From: a virus
Length of the DNA stretch: 64,000 nucleotides
Direction: 5' to 3' (one strand)
Virus record (IMG/VR): IMGVR_UViG_3300044971_004534
Position numbers and translations under genes: made by a program. How positions within the stretch are numbered: the first letter of the stretch is position 1; each line of letters opens with the position of its first letter. Below, piece after piece: positions 1-8,473 of the stretch. The notes beneath the pieces were generated by a model. The model had not been told where the DNA came from and ran no database searches. It saw only the letters and a program-made list of their open reading frames with translations.

Positions 1-16
1 GGCGGTTACCGCTGTC

Positions 17-217
17 ATGGCTCTATCTGATGTCATCAGTAGGGCTTCAATGAAGTCCTTTGGTGATCTCCTTACGGCTCCCGAACTGAAGGCTGTTCAT
101 CAGTCGATGATGATGATTCGCACAAAGGAATCAGACGATGTATTCAAGAAGTCGCTCCACCATGCCGTGCAGCGTTTGCTTGAGAACTTCACGCAATCTT
201 TGACAGACGAGAAATAA
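17..217 (+). CDS. hypothetical protein (66 aa)
   Basis: ORF track; stop TAA 215-217 is followed 1 nt later by the next ATG (219); part of a co-directional small-gene run. Confidence 0.45.
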   Translation: MALSDVISRASMKSFGDLLTAPELKAVHQSMMMIRTKESDDVFKKSLHHAVQRLLENFTQSLTDEK

Positions 218-218
218 A

Positions 219-506
219 ATGCCACGATTTGAAAAGGTCGGATACATCGGTGTCGATAGCGGTCAAGTCATGCTCATCGACCCCTGCTACATCAAGAAGG
301 ACTTTGAGAGTGAGTTTGGGGCAAAGCCTGACCTGAACTATGCGGGTGCTTGTGAAGTCACGCTTTCGCAGGATGGTTGCGGCAACTTTGGTGGCGATGG
401 CATGGCTTTCGCAACGCGCACCGCTTTCGGAGATGGCACATATCCCGTCTATGTGAAGCGCGATTCACACGGCGCTATCATTGAAATGAAAATCAAGTTC
501 GTATGA
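219..506 (+). CDS. hypothetical protein, DUF4241-like (tentative)
   Basis: ORF track; C-terminal FGDGTYPVYV resembles the GDGxYPVY signature I associate with DUF4241. Confidence 0.5.
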   Translation: MPRFEKVGYIGVDSGQVMLIDPCYIKKDFESEFGAKPDLNYAGACEVTLSQDGCGNFGGDGMAFATRTAFGDGTYPVYVKRDSHGAIIEMKIKFV

Positions 507-805
507 AAGCAGACATTGACAGGATCGCTGTCATCTCAACGGCGCACATCACGCCTGATGACAACGTTCTTTTCAAGAAAGTAACCACTTATCCGCTGAC
601 CACCTTCCATTACGAAGGTGGGATTATCCTGCCACTTCTTGCTACCGAAGTGCTTACAGCAAGACAGCGGACTGAAGTGCTTGATTGGGGTTTCAGTCAG
701 AGCGTAGTTGAGATCATTATGTGGGCGCATCACAACCGTTTTGCGGGTGTGCGTCTTGATCGTGATGGTCCGATTGTTTCTGAACTTGCCTCATACGATT
801 GGTAA
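503..805 (+). CDS. hypothetical protein (100 aa)
   Basis: ORF track; ATGA start/stop overlap with 219..506. Confidence 0.55.
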   Translation: MKADIDRIAVISTAHITPDDNVLFKKVTTYPLTTFHYEGGIILPLLATEVLTARQRTEVLDWGFSQSVVEIIMWAHHNRFAGVRLDRDGPIVSELASYDW

Positions 806-806
806 A

Positions 807-821
807 GCCTCGTTTTCCCCC
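807..821 (+). promoter_or_regulatory. intergenic motif copy (function unknown)
   Basis: gcctcgttttccccc; C-run end to ATG 842 = 21 nt. Confidence 0.8.
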
Positions 822-841
822 ACCGCACCGGGGTTTGAGCC

Positions 842-1090
842 ATGTCGCGGCGAAAGCAAGAAAAGGAAGCACAATGGCGTCTGAGATATGGCGATGCAGT
901 TGATTCGGATGCAACCATTGAATGCTCAGAGTGCGGCGAGGTGTTACTTGGTGATGGACCGATCATCGAAGTGGTCTGCCTTACCTGTTGGATGAGGCAA
1001 GACCCGCTTGAAGAACTACTTGAGATTGCAGAGGATAAGGATGAGCAGCAGCGAAGAACTACTCAACAAGATGGCAACTGCCCATCTTGA
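842..1090 (+). CDS. hypothetical protein, CxxC..CxxC zinc-ribbon-like
   Basis: ATG lies exactly 21 nt after the C-run of motif copy 807-821; CSECGEV...CLTC. Confidence 0.55.
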   Translation: MSRRKQEKEAQWRLRYGDAVDSDATIECSECGEVLLGDGPIIEVVCLTCWMRQDPLEELLEIAEDKDEQQRRTTQQDGNCPS

Positions 1091-1337
1091 GCCTCACATC
1101 AAGTCCGAGGTTTACGACTTCCTCAAGCGTGAGGAGCGCGAACTTTGCATCGACATTGATGATGCTGTAGAGTCTGCTCGTCAGGCACTCATTCCCATTG
1201 TGCATGAGGCGAAGGTGTCTTTTGAGGACTGTCACCTGATGCGGCTGCTTATCAAACAGGCAGTTCAGGAAGTCGGCTACGATGCAAGTGAGCCGTTTTT
1301 TGAACGAGAAGAATCGGGGTACTACAACGATGAATAG
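1041..1337 (+). CDS. hypothetical protein
   Basis: In-frame ATG with AAGG 4 nt upstream. Start uncertain (1008, 1041 or 1071); it overlaps the tail of 842..1090. Confidence 0.45.
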   Translation: MSSSEELLNKMATAHLEPHIKSEVYDFLKREERELCIDIDDAVESARQALIPIVHEAKVSFEDCHLMRLLIKQAVQEVGYDASEPFFEREESGYYNDE

Positions 1338-1527
1338 CGAAATCAGGAACCGGTTGAAGGAACTGATCGAAGGCGAAAGCAACTCAGAGATCAAGGAACT
1401 GTCTGCCATGCTGTTCTTCTCCATGACTTGCATGGAGTATGTGGGGCAAGTCGATCCTGAACTGCACAAGCGAGCCACCGCATTCGCAGCAGAGACTCAC
1501 GGGCTTGAAGGAGTTGACTTCTCCTGA
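1330..1527 (+). CDS. hypothetical protein (65 aa)
   Basis: Internal ATG of track ORF 1282..1527; 8-nt overlap with the stop of the previous gene. Confidence 0.5.
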   Translation: MNSEIRNRLKELIEGESNSEIKELSAMLFFSMTCMEYVGQVDPELHKRATAFAAETHGLEGVDFS

Positions 1528-1538
1528 CTTTTTCCCCC
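1524..1538 (+). promoter_or_regulatory. intergenic motif copy
   Basis: ctgactttttccccc; 21 nt to ATG 1559. Confidence 0.8.
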
Positions 1539-1558
1539 TTGCCGGGGGAGGTTGTGGC

Positions 1559-2086
1559 ATGGCACGGTACGGCTATCAAACGCCCGCGCAAAAGAAAATC
1601 CGCGCAAAGGCAAGTCGCATCCTCAGGAACAAGGTTCCTGATGGGTGGCGTTTGCGCTTGTCCTTCAAGCGTGCAGCAAACCCACGAATGTTCCGCAAGG
1701 GCTTGCCCATTGTCATAGACAAGTACGACAAGTACTGGGTGACTGCGACAAAGTACCTTGGACCAACAAAGTCGCACAAGGGGTATCCATACCTCAAGTT
1801 GTTCCTGTACCCAAACGGTGACCGTGTGTGGAGCCTGAGCAACTGGGCTGACCAAGGCACCGCATCTCATGTCAGCACTCAACTGGCACTGCTTGCTGCC
1901 ACCGAAATGGATCGTGTGTTTCAATGCCTTGAAGCACTCTACGCCATGTGCGACACCGACAATGGTGGAATGAACTTCCTGATTGGAGTAAGCAAGGTCA
2001 AGACTCTCTCTGACTGGGCAGACTCTTTTTCCCCCGCCAAGGAAGATGTTGCATCATGGACGACAACACCATCATCTCCGTCTTGA
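1559..2086 (+). CDS. hypothetical protein; N-terminus resembles that of 3995..4465
   Basis: ATG 21 nt after motif 1524-1538, preceded by GGGGGAGG. The track start at 1439 lies upstream of the motif and was rejected. KKIRAKASRILRNKVPDGW vs KRKVAKKLKGRLPKGW in 3995..4465. Confidence 0.55.
   Translation: MARYGYQTPAQKKIRAKASRILRNKVPDGWRLRLSFKRAANPRMFRKGLPIVIDKYDKYWVTATKYLGPTKSHKGYPYLKLFLYPNGDRVWSLSNWADQGTASHVSTQLALLAATEMDRVFQCLEALYAMCDTDNGGMNFLIGVSKVKTLSDWADSFSPAKEDVASWTTTPSSPS
2021..2035 (+). promoter_or_regulatory. intergenic motif copy (inside the 3' end of 1559..2086)
   Basis: gactctttttccccc; 21 nt to ATG 2056. Confidence 0.75.
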
Positions 2087-2766
2087 ATCAGAACGGCAGC
2101 GACTTTGCCAAGTCTCTCGTTGCTTCTCACGGCAAGTGGGGGCGTTGGACTCCCAAGCAGAGAGCGTGTGCTGAGGAGATCGTTCGTGTCACTCAGGCAC
2201 CGAAGCAGGAGGTTGCTTCTGCGGCACTGAAGGGCATTGTTGATCTGTTTGCCCGTCCGATTTCTCGCGGTATGAAGCGACCGAAGTTGTCCTTCATCTT
2301 GGATACAAAGAAGTTGACCATCAGCATGGCTCCTGCCATGAAGGGCAGCAGTCCTCACCCCAACGCAGGGTGCTTCTACGTCAAGTACGAAGGCTTGTAT
2401 TGCGGCAAGATCACTCCAAGTGGACTCTTTCAGGGTCGCCACGGGTTCGTTCCTCAGAACGTCATGGACTTCATGGAAGTGTTTGCCAAGGACCCCCTGA
2501 CGGTTGGCTCTGAGTACGGCAGAAAGAGCGGCTGCTGCTGCTTCTGCGGGATGGGTCTGAGCGATGGCAGGTCGCTCATCAAGGGCTACGGACCCGTCTG
2601 CGCCAATCATTGGGAACTTCCTTGGGGCGATGAGAAGGAGGAGAACATGAAGCGGTCTGAGCAGTCAGACATCGCTCCCGATGTCCCGATTATTCAACTC
2701 AGACAGGCTGCTCATGGGATGTCTGAGGGCTGCCGTGAAGATGTCGTAGACATTCATCCTGATTGA
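2056..2766 (+). CDS. hypothetical protein with DUF6011-like C-terminal Cys motif
   Basis: ATG 21 nt after motif 2021-2035; CCCFCGMGLSDGRSLIKGYGPVC resembles the CxxC...GxGPxC signature of DUF6011. Confidence 0.6.
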   Translation: MDDNTIISVLNQNGSDFAKSLVASHGKWGRWTPKQRACAEEIVRVTQAPKQEVASAALKGIVDLFARPISRGMKRPKLSFILDTKKLTISMAPAMKGSSPHPNAGCFYVKYEGLYCGKITPSGLFQGRHGFVPQNVMDFMEVFAKDPLTVGSEYGRKSGCCCFCGMGLSDGRSLIKGYGPVCANHWELPWGDEKEENMKRSEQSDIAPDVPIIQLRQAAHGMSEGCREDVVDIHPD

Positions 2767-2820
2767 AAGAATCTGATATACTCTGTCTTGACAGTTTCGA
2801 GACAGGGGCTAAACTGCCTA

Positions 2821-2838
2821 GCCGCCTCGTTTTCCCCC
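2821..2838 (+). promoter_or_regulatory. intergenic motif copy
   Basis: gccgcctcgttttccccc; 70 nt to ATG 2908; the 33 nt from 2821 are identical to those from 9451. Confidence 0.8.
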
Positions 2839-2907
2839 TTCCCCGGTGGGGTTAGGGCAGACGGCTTGAATGGCAAGCCTGAACAAAAGTCATAACAAAG
2901 GACGAAT

Positions 2908-3927
2908 ATGGCACACAACATCGTGACTGACGGCGCTCTCCGCGACCGGATGCTGATTGAGGGCGACAAGGGTTGGCACGGGCTGGGCGAGGATCGCAAG
3001 TCGATCTCCGCGAAGGATGTCCGTGAGGCGTTCCCGTGGGATTGGCAGATGGACGATCTCCTGCTGCCCAACGGCAACAAGGTGGACGGCTTCAAGGCTG
3101 TGACGAGCGAGGGCAACGCCGTGGGCGTTGTCGGTGACTCCTACACCATGATCGGCATTGACGATGTGGTGTCTCTCGCGGAGGACATCATCCTTCAGCA
3201 CGGCACGGGTCGCATCGTGTCGGCAGGTACGCTTCACGGTCGGCAGGACTTCTTCCTTGACCTTGAGTTGGGCAAGGAGTTCCGCAACGGCGATGATGTG
3301 AACAAGCCGTACATCGGTCTGTCCAACAACGCGGTCGGGTCGCGTCACTTCATCGGTGGAGCGCATATGCACCGCATCGTCTGTGCGAACACGCTCAACC
3401 TGATGATCGGTGAGGCAAAGACTTCTCCGCGCTGCCTCAAGGTGCGCCACACGAAGTCCGCTTTCAACCGCCTGTCGGAAGCGAAGCGCATCCTTGGTAT
3501 CGCTTGTGCGGCGTTCGACAAGGCTGACGCAGAGATGCAGGCGATGATCGCCAAGTCTCTGACCGATGCAGAGGTCGAAGCGTACTACAACACGATCATG
3601 CCCGTGCAGGCAGTCCCCGGACTCTCTGCGGGCGAGAACGCGGAGCAGTACGAGGCGAAGGTCGAGAAGATCGAACGCGCTAACCGCAAGACGGAGCGTG
3701 TCCGCGATGTGTGGTGGGACACGCTGAACACGGAGCGTCAGATTCTCAAGTCTGCGTCGCCCAACCTGTGGCTCGCTATGAACAGCGTGACCAAGTGGGC
3801 GCAGCACGACCGCTCTGTGCGCGGCGAGTCCGATGATCCGATGATGCGCCTGTGGAGCAATCGGTTCAGCGATGGGTTCGACCGGACGAACGAGGCTCAC
3901 GATATCGCGGTGGCGATGCTCAAGTGA
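2908..3927 (+). CDS. DUF932 / TIGR03299-like phage-plasmid protein
   Basis: 339 aa; N-terminal GWHGLG, GDSYTMIG, HGRQDFFLDLELG and IVCANTL blocks are typical of DUF932 as I recall it. Confidence 0.7.
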   Translation: MAHNIVTDGALRDRMLIEGDKGWHGLGEDRKSISAKDVREAFPWDWQMDDLLLPNGNKVDGFKAVTSEGNAVGVVGDSYTMIGIDDVVSLAEDIILQHGTGRIVSAGTLHGRQDFFLDLELGKEFRNGDDVNKPYIGLSNNAVGSRHFIGGAHMHRIVCANTLNLMIGEAKTSPRCLKVRHTKSAFNRLSEAKRILGIACAAFDKADAEMQAMIAKSLTDAEVEAYYNTIMPVQAVPGLSAGENAEQYEAKVEKIERANRKTERVRDVWWDTLNTERQILKSASPNLWLAMNSVTKWAQHDRSVRGESDDPMMRLWSNRFSDGFDRTNEAHDIAVAMLK

Positions 3928-3934
3928 CCGGGAT

Positions 3935-3969
3935 GGGGAGGGGCGCAAGCCCCTCCCCTCTCTCGTTTT
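3935..3969 (+). terminator. intrinsic-terminator-like hairpin merging into a motif copy
   Basis: GGGGAGGGGC-gcaa-GCCCCTCCCC (10 bp), then tctctcgtttt. Confidence 0.65.
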
Positions 3970-3974
3970 CCCCC
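3961..3974 (+). promoter_or_regulatory. intergenic motif copy
   Basis: tctcgttttccccc; 21 nt to ATG 3995. Confidence 0.8.
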
Positions 3975-3994
3975 TCAACCGGAGTGTTTGAGAT

Positions 3995-4465
3995 ATGTCG
4001 CTAGTCAACTATCGAACGATGACCCCATACGAGTGGACCCCGGAGCAGGCGCGTAATGGGAAGTTTGAGACTGCCAAGCGCAAGGTCGCCAAGAAGTTGA
4101 AGGGCAGGCTTCCAAAGGGATGGTCTTACAAGATCATCGCTCCATACAACCACGGCAAGGTGCGGTGGGAGATCAAGATGGATTATGGTCCGCACCCGTG
4201 GATCACGATTCGTTGGCGTCCGTGCATGGCTGAAAAGGATTCCGTGCTTCACTATTGGATGGAAGTGAATGAGTCCAATCAAGGTTGTCCTGAGTTTGAC
4301 CCTTTGAGTGGTGCAAATGCGGTCATGCGTGATCTGCCGATCATCCTTGATGTGGTGCAGGACATCTTTGACGGACTGAATCCTGATCCGCTCATGCAAC
4401 TCCACGCGATGGCAAAGAAGGCAACTGCCTCGTTTTCCCCCTCATCCGTGCAGGTTGAGGCATGA
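3995..4465 (+). CDS. hypothetical protein
   Basis: ATG 21 nt after motif 3961-3974; the 3' end reads through motif copy 4427-4441. Confidence 0.55.
   Translation: MSLVNYRTMTPYEWTPEQARNGKFETAKRKVAKKLKGRLPKGWSYKIIAPYNHGKVRWEIKMDYGPHPWITIRWRPCMAEKDSVLHYWMEVNESNQGCPEFDPLSGANAVMRDLPIILDVVQDIFDGLNPDPLMQLHAMAKKATASFSPSSVQVEA
4427..4441 (+). promoter_or_regulatory. intergenic motif copy (inside the 3' end of 3995..4465)
   Basis: gcctcgttttccccc; 21 nt to ATG 4462, which opens only a 58-codon ORF. Confidence 0.75.
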
Positions 4466-4506
4466 GGAGCCTTTATTCCAAGTCGATAAAGACGAGCAGG
4501 CTGAAG

Positions 4507-4520
4507 TCTCTTTTTCCCCC
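4507..4520 (+). promoter_or_regulatory. intergenic motif copy
   Basis: tctctttttccccc; 69 nt to ATG 4589. Confidence 0.75.
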
Positions 4521-4588
4521 TCCAACGGTACACCTGGTAACACCAACGAGTCCGGTTTTTTCAACCACAACGCAGAAAGGCAAGAACA

Positions 4589-4981
4589 ATGGCGTACAAG
4601 TGCGTGGCTCATCTGGGCGGCAACGAGGGCGAAGGTAGTCACAGTTGGGAGTTCGACCTTCCCACCGTGGAGGAGTGTCTGGATCAGTTGTTCTACAACA
4701 TGAACCACGAGGAAACGACTCCTCTCAATGCTCGTTCCATGTCCGTTGGCGATTGCGCCAGCGTGTCAAACATGAGCAAGCATGTCTCTCTTACCCGTCA
4801 CTTCATCTGCCTTTCGGTGGGTTGGTGCGAGGTGACGGAGCATGTCCTGCACAAGTGGATGCGGCATGACTGGAACCGCAGGATGCTGCACCCGCTTGTT
4901 GGCGTGACCGATCCTCTACTGGCACTGCTTCATGTGCAGAAGATGGATGCGGGATTCATGCGGATGGGCGAGAAGGTTTAG
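4589..4981 (+). CDS. hypothetical protein
   Basis: ORF track; CAGAAAGG SD block 6 nt upstream. Confidence 0.55.
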   Translation: MAYKCVAHLGGNEGEGSHSWEFDLPTVEECLDQLFYNMNHEETTPLNARSMSVGDCASVSNMSKHVSLTRHFICLSVGWCEVTEHVLHKWMRHDWNRRMLHPLVGVTDPLLALLHVQKMDAGFMRMGEKV

Positions 4982-4987
4982 TCAGTC

Positions 4988-5002
4988 GCCTCGTTTTCCC
5001 CC
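4988..5002 (+). promoter_or_regulatory. intergenic motif copy
   Basis: gcctcgttttccccc; 21 nt to ATG 5023. Confidence 0.8.
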
Positions 5003-5022
5003 TTAGATGGGGAGGTTGCAGC

Positions 5023-5508
5023 ATGGCTACACGAAGCATGATCGGAATGACCCTGACCAACGGCGAGATCAAGGCGATCTATTGCCATTGGGACGGGTAC
5101 ATCAGCAACAACGGCATGATTCTTTACAACTGCTACAACACGGTTGAGCAAGTTGAAGCCCTCATGTCTCTTGGCGACCTGTCAAGCCTCCGCGAAAAGT
5201 TGGGCGAGAAGCATGACATGACCGATCCTCTCAATAAGGTCGGAAGCGACAATGGATGGTGTACGGCTTTCGGGCGTGACCGTGGCGACGAGGGTTGTGA
5301 AGCGCGAATCCTCAAGGACAACCGGAAACTCAAGTCACTTGCCCAAAGTGTTTGGGCTGAATGGATTTACCTGTACGACTGCCACAACAAGGAGTGGCTT
5401 GTAAAGCCCACATCAGAAGGTCGTTACAGGAAGTTGTACGATGTTCTTCTTGAGGATGGGTTGATTGATCCCATTGATGAACTTCTAAATACGGCAAAGC
5501 AGGACTAA
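5023..5508 (+). CDS. hypothetical protein
   Basis: ATG 21 nt after motif 4988-5002, with GGGGAGG SD. Confidence 0.6.
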   Translation: MATRSMIGMTLTNGEIKAIYCHWDGYISNNGMILYNCYNTVEQVEALMSLGDLSSLREKLGEKHDMTDPLNKVGSDNGWCTAFGRDRGDEGCEARILKDNRKLKSLAQSVWAEWIYLYDCHNKEWLVKPTSEGRYRKLYDVLLEDGLIDPIDELLNTAKQD

Positions 5509-5514
5509 GCAACT

Positions 5515-5529
5515 CCCTCGTTTTCCCCC
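5515..5529 (+). promoter_or_regulatory. intergenic motif copy
   Basis: ccctcgttttccccc; 52 nt to ATG 5581. Confidence 0.8.
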
Positions 5530-5580
5530 TCCCCTGCCGGGTTTGGGGCAGCACAGGTCATCAACACAAAGGAACTCACT

Positions 5581-5961
5581 ATGGGCGCATGGGGATACAA
5601 GGCATTCGACAACGATCACGCTCTTGATTGGGCTGGCATCGTGATCGACGACGCTTTTTGGGGCAAGGTCAAGAAGGGTCTTGAAGGCAATAATCACGAT
5701 GAGATTCGTGCTGCTGCCGGAATCACCATCGCGGTTCTCTCCGGTTGCCGTGGAGTTACTCCCTACGGCTTCAACATCCTGAAGATTGCATACGATGCGC
5801 TGAAGCGTGTCTTGAATGACAGCGAGTGGCTTGATTCGTGGGACAACCCCGAAGCGGTCAGAAAAGAAATCAAGCAGCAGATGAATGATCTAGCAAAGAT
5901 CAACCCTGCTACGACTCTTTCCGAAGTTCTTGCCGAATGTGACACGGAACTGTCACAGTAA
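5581..5961 (+). CDS. DUF4259-like protein
   Basis: N-terminus MGAWGYKAFDNDHALDW matches the MGxWGxxxFDND signature of DUF4259. Confidence 0.65.
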   Translation: MGAWGYKAFDNDHALDWAGIVIDDAFWGKVKKGLEGNNHDEIRAAAGITIAVLSGCRGVTPYGFNILKIAYDALKRVLNDSEWLDSWDNPEAVRKEIKQQMNDLAKINPATTLSEVLAECDTELSQ

Positions 5962-5975
5962 ACGAAAGGAAACAC

Positions 5976-6332
5976 ATGAAGCCCAATGTCCCTGAGCGTC
6001 TTGCCATCGCTACCGTCCTGATCGGATGCGGGAGCCTCCGTGCTGCCCTCATCAAGATGAACGAGAAGGATCGCAAGTGGTGCAACTCTATCCGTACTCA
6101 CTTTGACAACATTCAGCAGTCCCTCACGGGTTCAGACATCTCCATGCGCGCTGCCGTCAATGCGTGGGACGAAGTGAAGCAGATTCTTGACGATGGTTTC
6201 AACGGAACCCCCTACAGCGCGGACGAGATTGACGATGTGATGTACCTGTTCGGTGCCGTGGACGAGACTTTCTACGCCATGCTTGACAAGGCTGGCGTTC
6301 CGTTTGAACCCGAAATCAATATGCAGGACTAA
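5976..6332 (+). CDS. hypothetical protein
   Basis: ORF track; GAAAGGA SD 6 nt upstream. Confidence 0.55.
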   Translation: MKPNVPERLAIATVLIGCGSLRAALIKMNEKDRKWCNSIRTHFDNIQQSLTGSDISMRAAVNAWDEVKQILDDGFNGTPYSADEIDDVMYLFGAVDETFYAMLDKAGVPFEPEINMQD

Positions 6333-6334
6333 CC

Positions 6335-6499
6335 ATGAACGACCCCTATTCCAACTTCCCGCTTCAGCAGAAGCAGATCACCTACTGCATGGCTTGCCCC
6401 GAAGGTAGGTATGTCGCCCATTCGTGGATCAGTCTTGGATGGGCAATCCTGCGGCACCGCATTTGGCACCTGTTCAAGCATGGCAGGTGGATGGACTGA
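6335..6499 (+). CDS. small hypothetical protein (54 aa, below track cutoff)
   Basis: Hand translation MNDPYSNFPLQQKQITYCMACPEGRY...; fills the gap between 6332 and motif copy 6496-6510. Confidence 0.35.
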   Translation: MNDPYSNFPLQQKQITYCMACPEGRYVAHSWISLGWAILRHRIWHLFKHGRWMD

Positions 6500-6510
6500 C
6501 TTTTTCCCCC
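6496..6510 (+). promoter_or_regulatory. intergenic motif copy
   Basis: ctgactttttccccc; 21 nt to ATG 6531. Confidence 0.8.
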
Positions 6511-6530
6511 TGCCCGAAAGGACTTGAGGC

Positions 6531-7118
6531 ATGGCACACCGCACCCGAAGATTCGTCATTGATTGCGAAACTAACGCCATCAACTTTGATGCTTGGCACA
6601 AGGGTGACTTCAGTTCCCTGAAGTCCGTTCATTGTCTTGTCGCCATTGACGCAGACACGAACAAGGTGTATCGGTTCCGTGAGGAGCGAGTCCGTGACGG
6701 CATCATTTGGATCTTCAACCAAGCGAACGAAGTCATCGCTCATTACGCGAAGTTCGATGTGCAGGTGATTGAGTCCTACATTGGGGCAAAGTTCCCCAAA
6801 GAAGTTGTCATCACCTGTACGCAGAAGATGGCAAAGGAACTGTTCCCCAACGGGTACCGTGAGGATCGGGTTCCCGAAGGTCAGCGTGGTCGGCACAAGT
6901 TGGAGACTTGGGGATTCCGTTTGGGCATCCACAAGGGTTTGTTCAACAAGAAGACCAATCCGTTCTCGCAGTATTCCGATGAAATGATGGAGTATTGCGT
7001 CCGTGACTGCACCGTGACTCTTGCGCTGCACCGATTCTTGTCGCGCCGCAAGCGTTGGGGCAAGTTGGCTTCAATCTTTGACTACTTCTCTCCCATTGAG
7101 GAGCCGCAAGTGGCGTAA
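6531..7118 (+). CDS. DEDD-family 3'-5' exonuclease (DnaQ / Pol-A exonuclease-domain-like)
   Basis: VIDCET (ExoI), HYAKFDVQVI (ExoII-like) and YCVRDC (ExoIII Yx3D); ATG 21 nt after motif 6496-6510. Confidence 0.7.
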   Translation: MAHRTRRFVIDCETNAINFDAWHKGDFSSLKSVHCLVAIDADTNKVYRFREERVRDGIIWIFNQANEVIAHYAKFDVQVIESYIGAKFPKEVVITCTQKMAKELFPNGYREDRVPEGQRGRHKLETWGFRLGIHKGLFNKKTNPFSQYSDEMMEYCVRDCTVTLALHRFLSRRKRWGKLASIFDYFSPIEEPQVA

Positions 7119-7129
7119 AGAAGGCAACT

Positions 7130-7144
7130 GCCTCGTTTTCCCCC
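7130..7144 (+). promoter_or_regulatory. intergenic motif copy
   Basis: gcctcgttttccccc; 34 nt to ATG 7178. Confidence 0.8.
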
Positions 7145-7177
7145 ACCGCCCACCGCTTTGAGGCAGAAAGGAAACTC

Positions 7178-7723
7178 ATGCCAAACTGGTGTCTGAACAA
7201 GGTTCGTATCAAGGCAAAGCCCGCAACTCTCGCAGCGATCAAGGAAACGCTGAAGGGCAAGGAGTATGTTCGCCCCTTCAACTTTGAGAAGCGAGAGGAT
7301 GGCGAACTCACCTGTGTGGACAGCATCTTCTGCTTCCACAGCATCATTCCGCAGCCTGACGAGATTCTCGACCCGGAAGATCCGCGCCGCAAGGCAAAGA
7401 TGTCATCTGCGGAGATTCTTGAGCGTCTGTCCAAGAAGGAAGAGAAGGGTATGCCAGAGTGGTGGAACTGGCGTGTCAACAACTGGGGCACGAAGTGGTC
7501 GGTGAACGGAGAGGACATCGGATTTGAGGAGAAGAAGGGTTCAATGATCTACTCCTTTGATACCGCATGGGCACCTCCTGAACCCGTGATCCAAAAACTG
7601 TCGGAGATGTTCCCCGATGCGAACATCCTGCTCTCGTTTTACGAGCCGGGGTGTATCGGTCGCGGAAGCGTCACCTACAAGGATGGCGAAATCATCAAGA
7701 CAACCGGAGTGGGCGTTGACTGA
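7178..7723 (+). CDS. DUF1281 / Api92-like protein (tentative)
   Basis: N-terminus MPNWCLNKV is the hallmark I associate with this family. Confidence 0.5.
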   Translation: MPNWCLNKVRIKAKPATLAAIKETLKGKEYVRPFNFEKREDGELTCVDSIFCFHSIIPQPDEILDPEDPRRKAKMSSAEILERLSKKEEKGMPEWWNWRVNNWGTKWSVNGEDIGFEEKKGSMIYSFDTAWAPPEPVIQKLSEMFPDANILLSFYEPGCIGRGSVTYKDGEIIKTTGVGVD

Positions 7724-7737
7724 CGACGGAATGGGGT

Positions 7738-7769
7738 GGCGGGATGAAATACTCCCGCCGCCTCGTTTT
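7738..7769 (+). terminator. terminator-like hairpin
   Basis: GGCGGGA-tgaaatac-TCCCGCC, then gcctcgtttt. Confidence 0.55.
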
Positions 7770-7774
7770 CCCCC
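7760..7774 (+). promoter_or_regulatory. intergenic motif copy
   Basis: gcctcgttttccccc; 21 nt to ATG 7795. Confidence 0.8.
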
Positions 7775-7794
7775 TGCCCGAAAGGACTTGGAGC

Positions 7795-8229
7795 ATGAGC
7801 AACTCAACCTACGAGCGCGAAACGGACATCATCCTCAACGGTATCTCCCTGAAGTCCGCACCGGGCTGGAAGATCGACCTGACCCTGAAGGTCAAGTACG
7901 AGTGGGTGCGTGGCGGCATCGGAGCCTACGAGTTCTGGGGAGCGCGTGGTGTGGACATCGGTGGCGGATGGGAGTGGGTGGAGTACGGCGTTGAAGGCAT
8001 CAAGGCTTCCAACGACAGCGGAACCGTACTGACCGCTACCAACAGCCAACAGTTCAACCCGGATTTCGTCAGCGGTGTTCTCTCTGACTACGGGATCAAC
8101 CTGTACGAATGGCTGAACGAGATCAACGACAGCGAGATCATCCAAGACATGATTATCGACAAGTGTCCTGATTGGACTGACCCCCGCTATGACGGGATGC
8201 CCGATGACAACTCACCTGATGGAGACTGA
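7795..8229 (+). CDS. hypothetical protein
   Basis: In-frame ATG exactly 21 nt after motif 7760-7774 (track start 7744 rejected). Confidence 0.55.
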   Translation: MSNSTYERETDIILNGISLKSAPGWKIDLTLKVKYEWVRGGIGAYEFWGARGVDIGGGWEWVEYGVEGIKASNDSGTVLTATNSQQFNPDFVSGVLSDYGINLYEWLNEINDSEIIQDMIIDKCPDWTDPRYDGMPDDNSPDGD

Positions 8230-8230
8230 T

Positions 8231-8431
8231 ATGGAACCCAAGTACCCAAACATCACCGTGCAACTGGTTGGACAGGACGGCAACGCTTTCGCCATTCTTG
8301 GTCGCGTTCAGAGGGAAATGAAGCGTGGCGGCGTTCCTCGCAACGAGATCGACAACTTCATGTCAGAGGCAACGAAGGGCAACTACGATGAACTTCTTGT
8401 CACCGTTATGAAGTGGGTGGAAGTGGAGTAA
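8231..8431 (+). CDS. hypothetical protein (66 aa)
   Basis: In-frame ATG 1 nt after the previous stop, with GGAGA SD. Confidence 0.55.
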   Translation: MEPKYPNITVQLVGQDGNAFAILGRVQREMKRGGVPRNEIDNFMSEATKGNYDELLVTVMKWVEVE

Positions 8432-8438
8432 GGCAACT

Positions 8439-8453
8439 GCCTCGTTTTCCCCC
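8439..8453 (+). promoter_or_regulatory. intergenic motif copy
   Basis: gcctcgttttccccc; 21 nt to GTG 8474. Confidence 0.8.
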
Positions 8454-8473
8454 ACCGAAGGAGGTGTTGCATC

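Noticed and set aside
2870-2926. 18-codon upstream ORF (MASLNKSHNKGRIWHTTS) between motif copy 2821-2838 and the DUF932 gene
   Set aside because: It is too short, has no SD and has nothing to compare with for conservation. Noted only because its ATG lies 32 nt after the C-run.
2890-4008. 372-aa minus-strand ORF, and similar long antisense ORFs at 9256..9987, 12299..13144, 13639..14829 and 14138..15025
   Set aside because: They lie antisense to better-supported + strand genes in GC-rich DNA, where stop codons are rare. Their products are Arg/Gly/Pro/Ala-rich and low in complexity. They read straight through the intergenic motif, giving recurrent GGKRG / GENEA translations.
4455-4703. Track ORF 4455..4703, and 4645..4869, in the 4.4-4.9 kb region
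   Set aside because: Both read through motif copies or overlap the better-supported 4589..4981 gene, which has the conserved CAGAAAGG block upstream.
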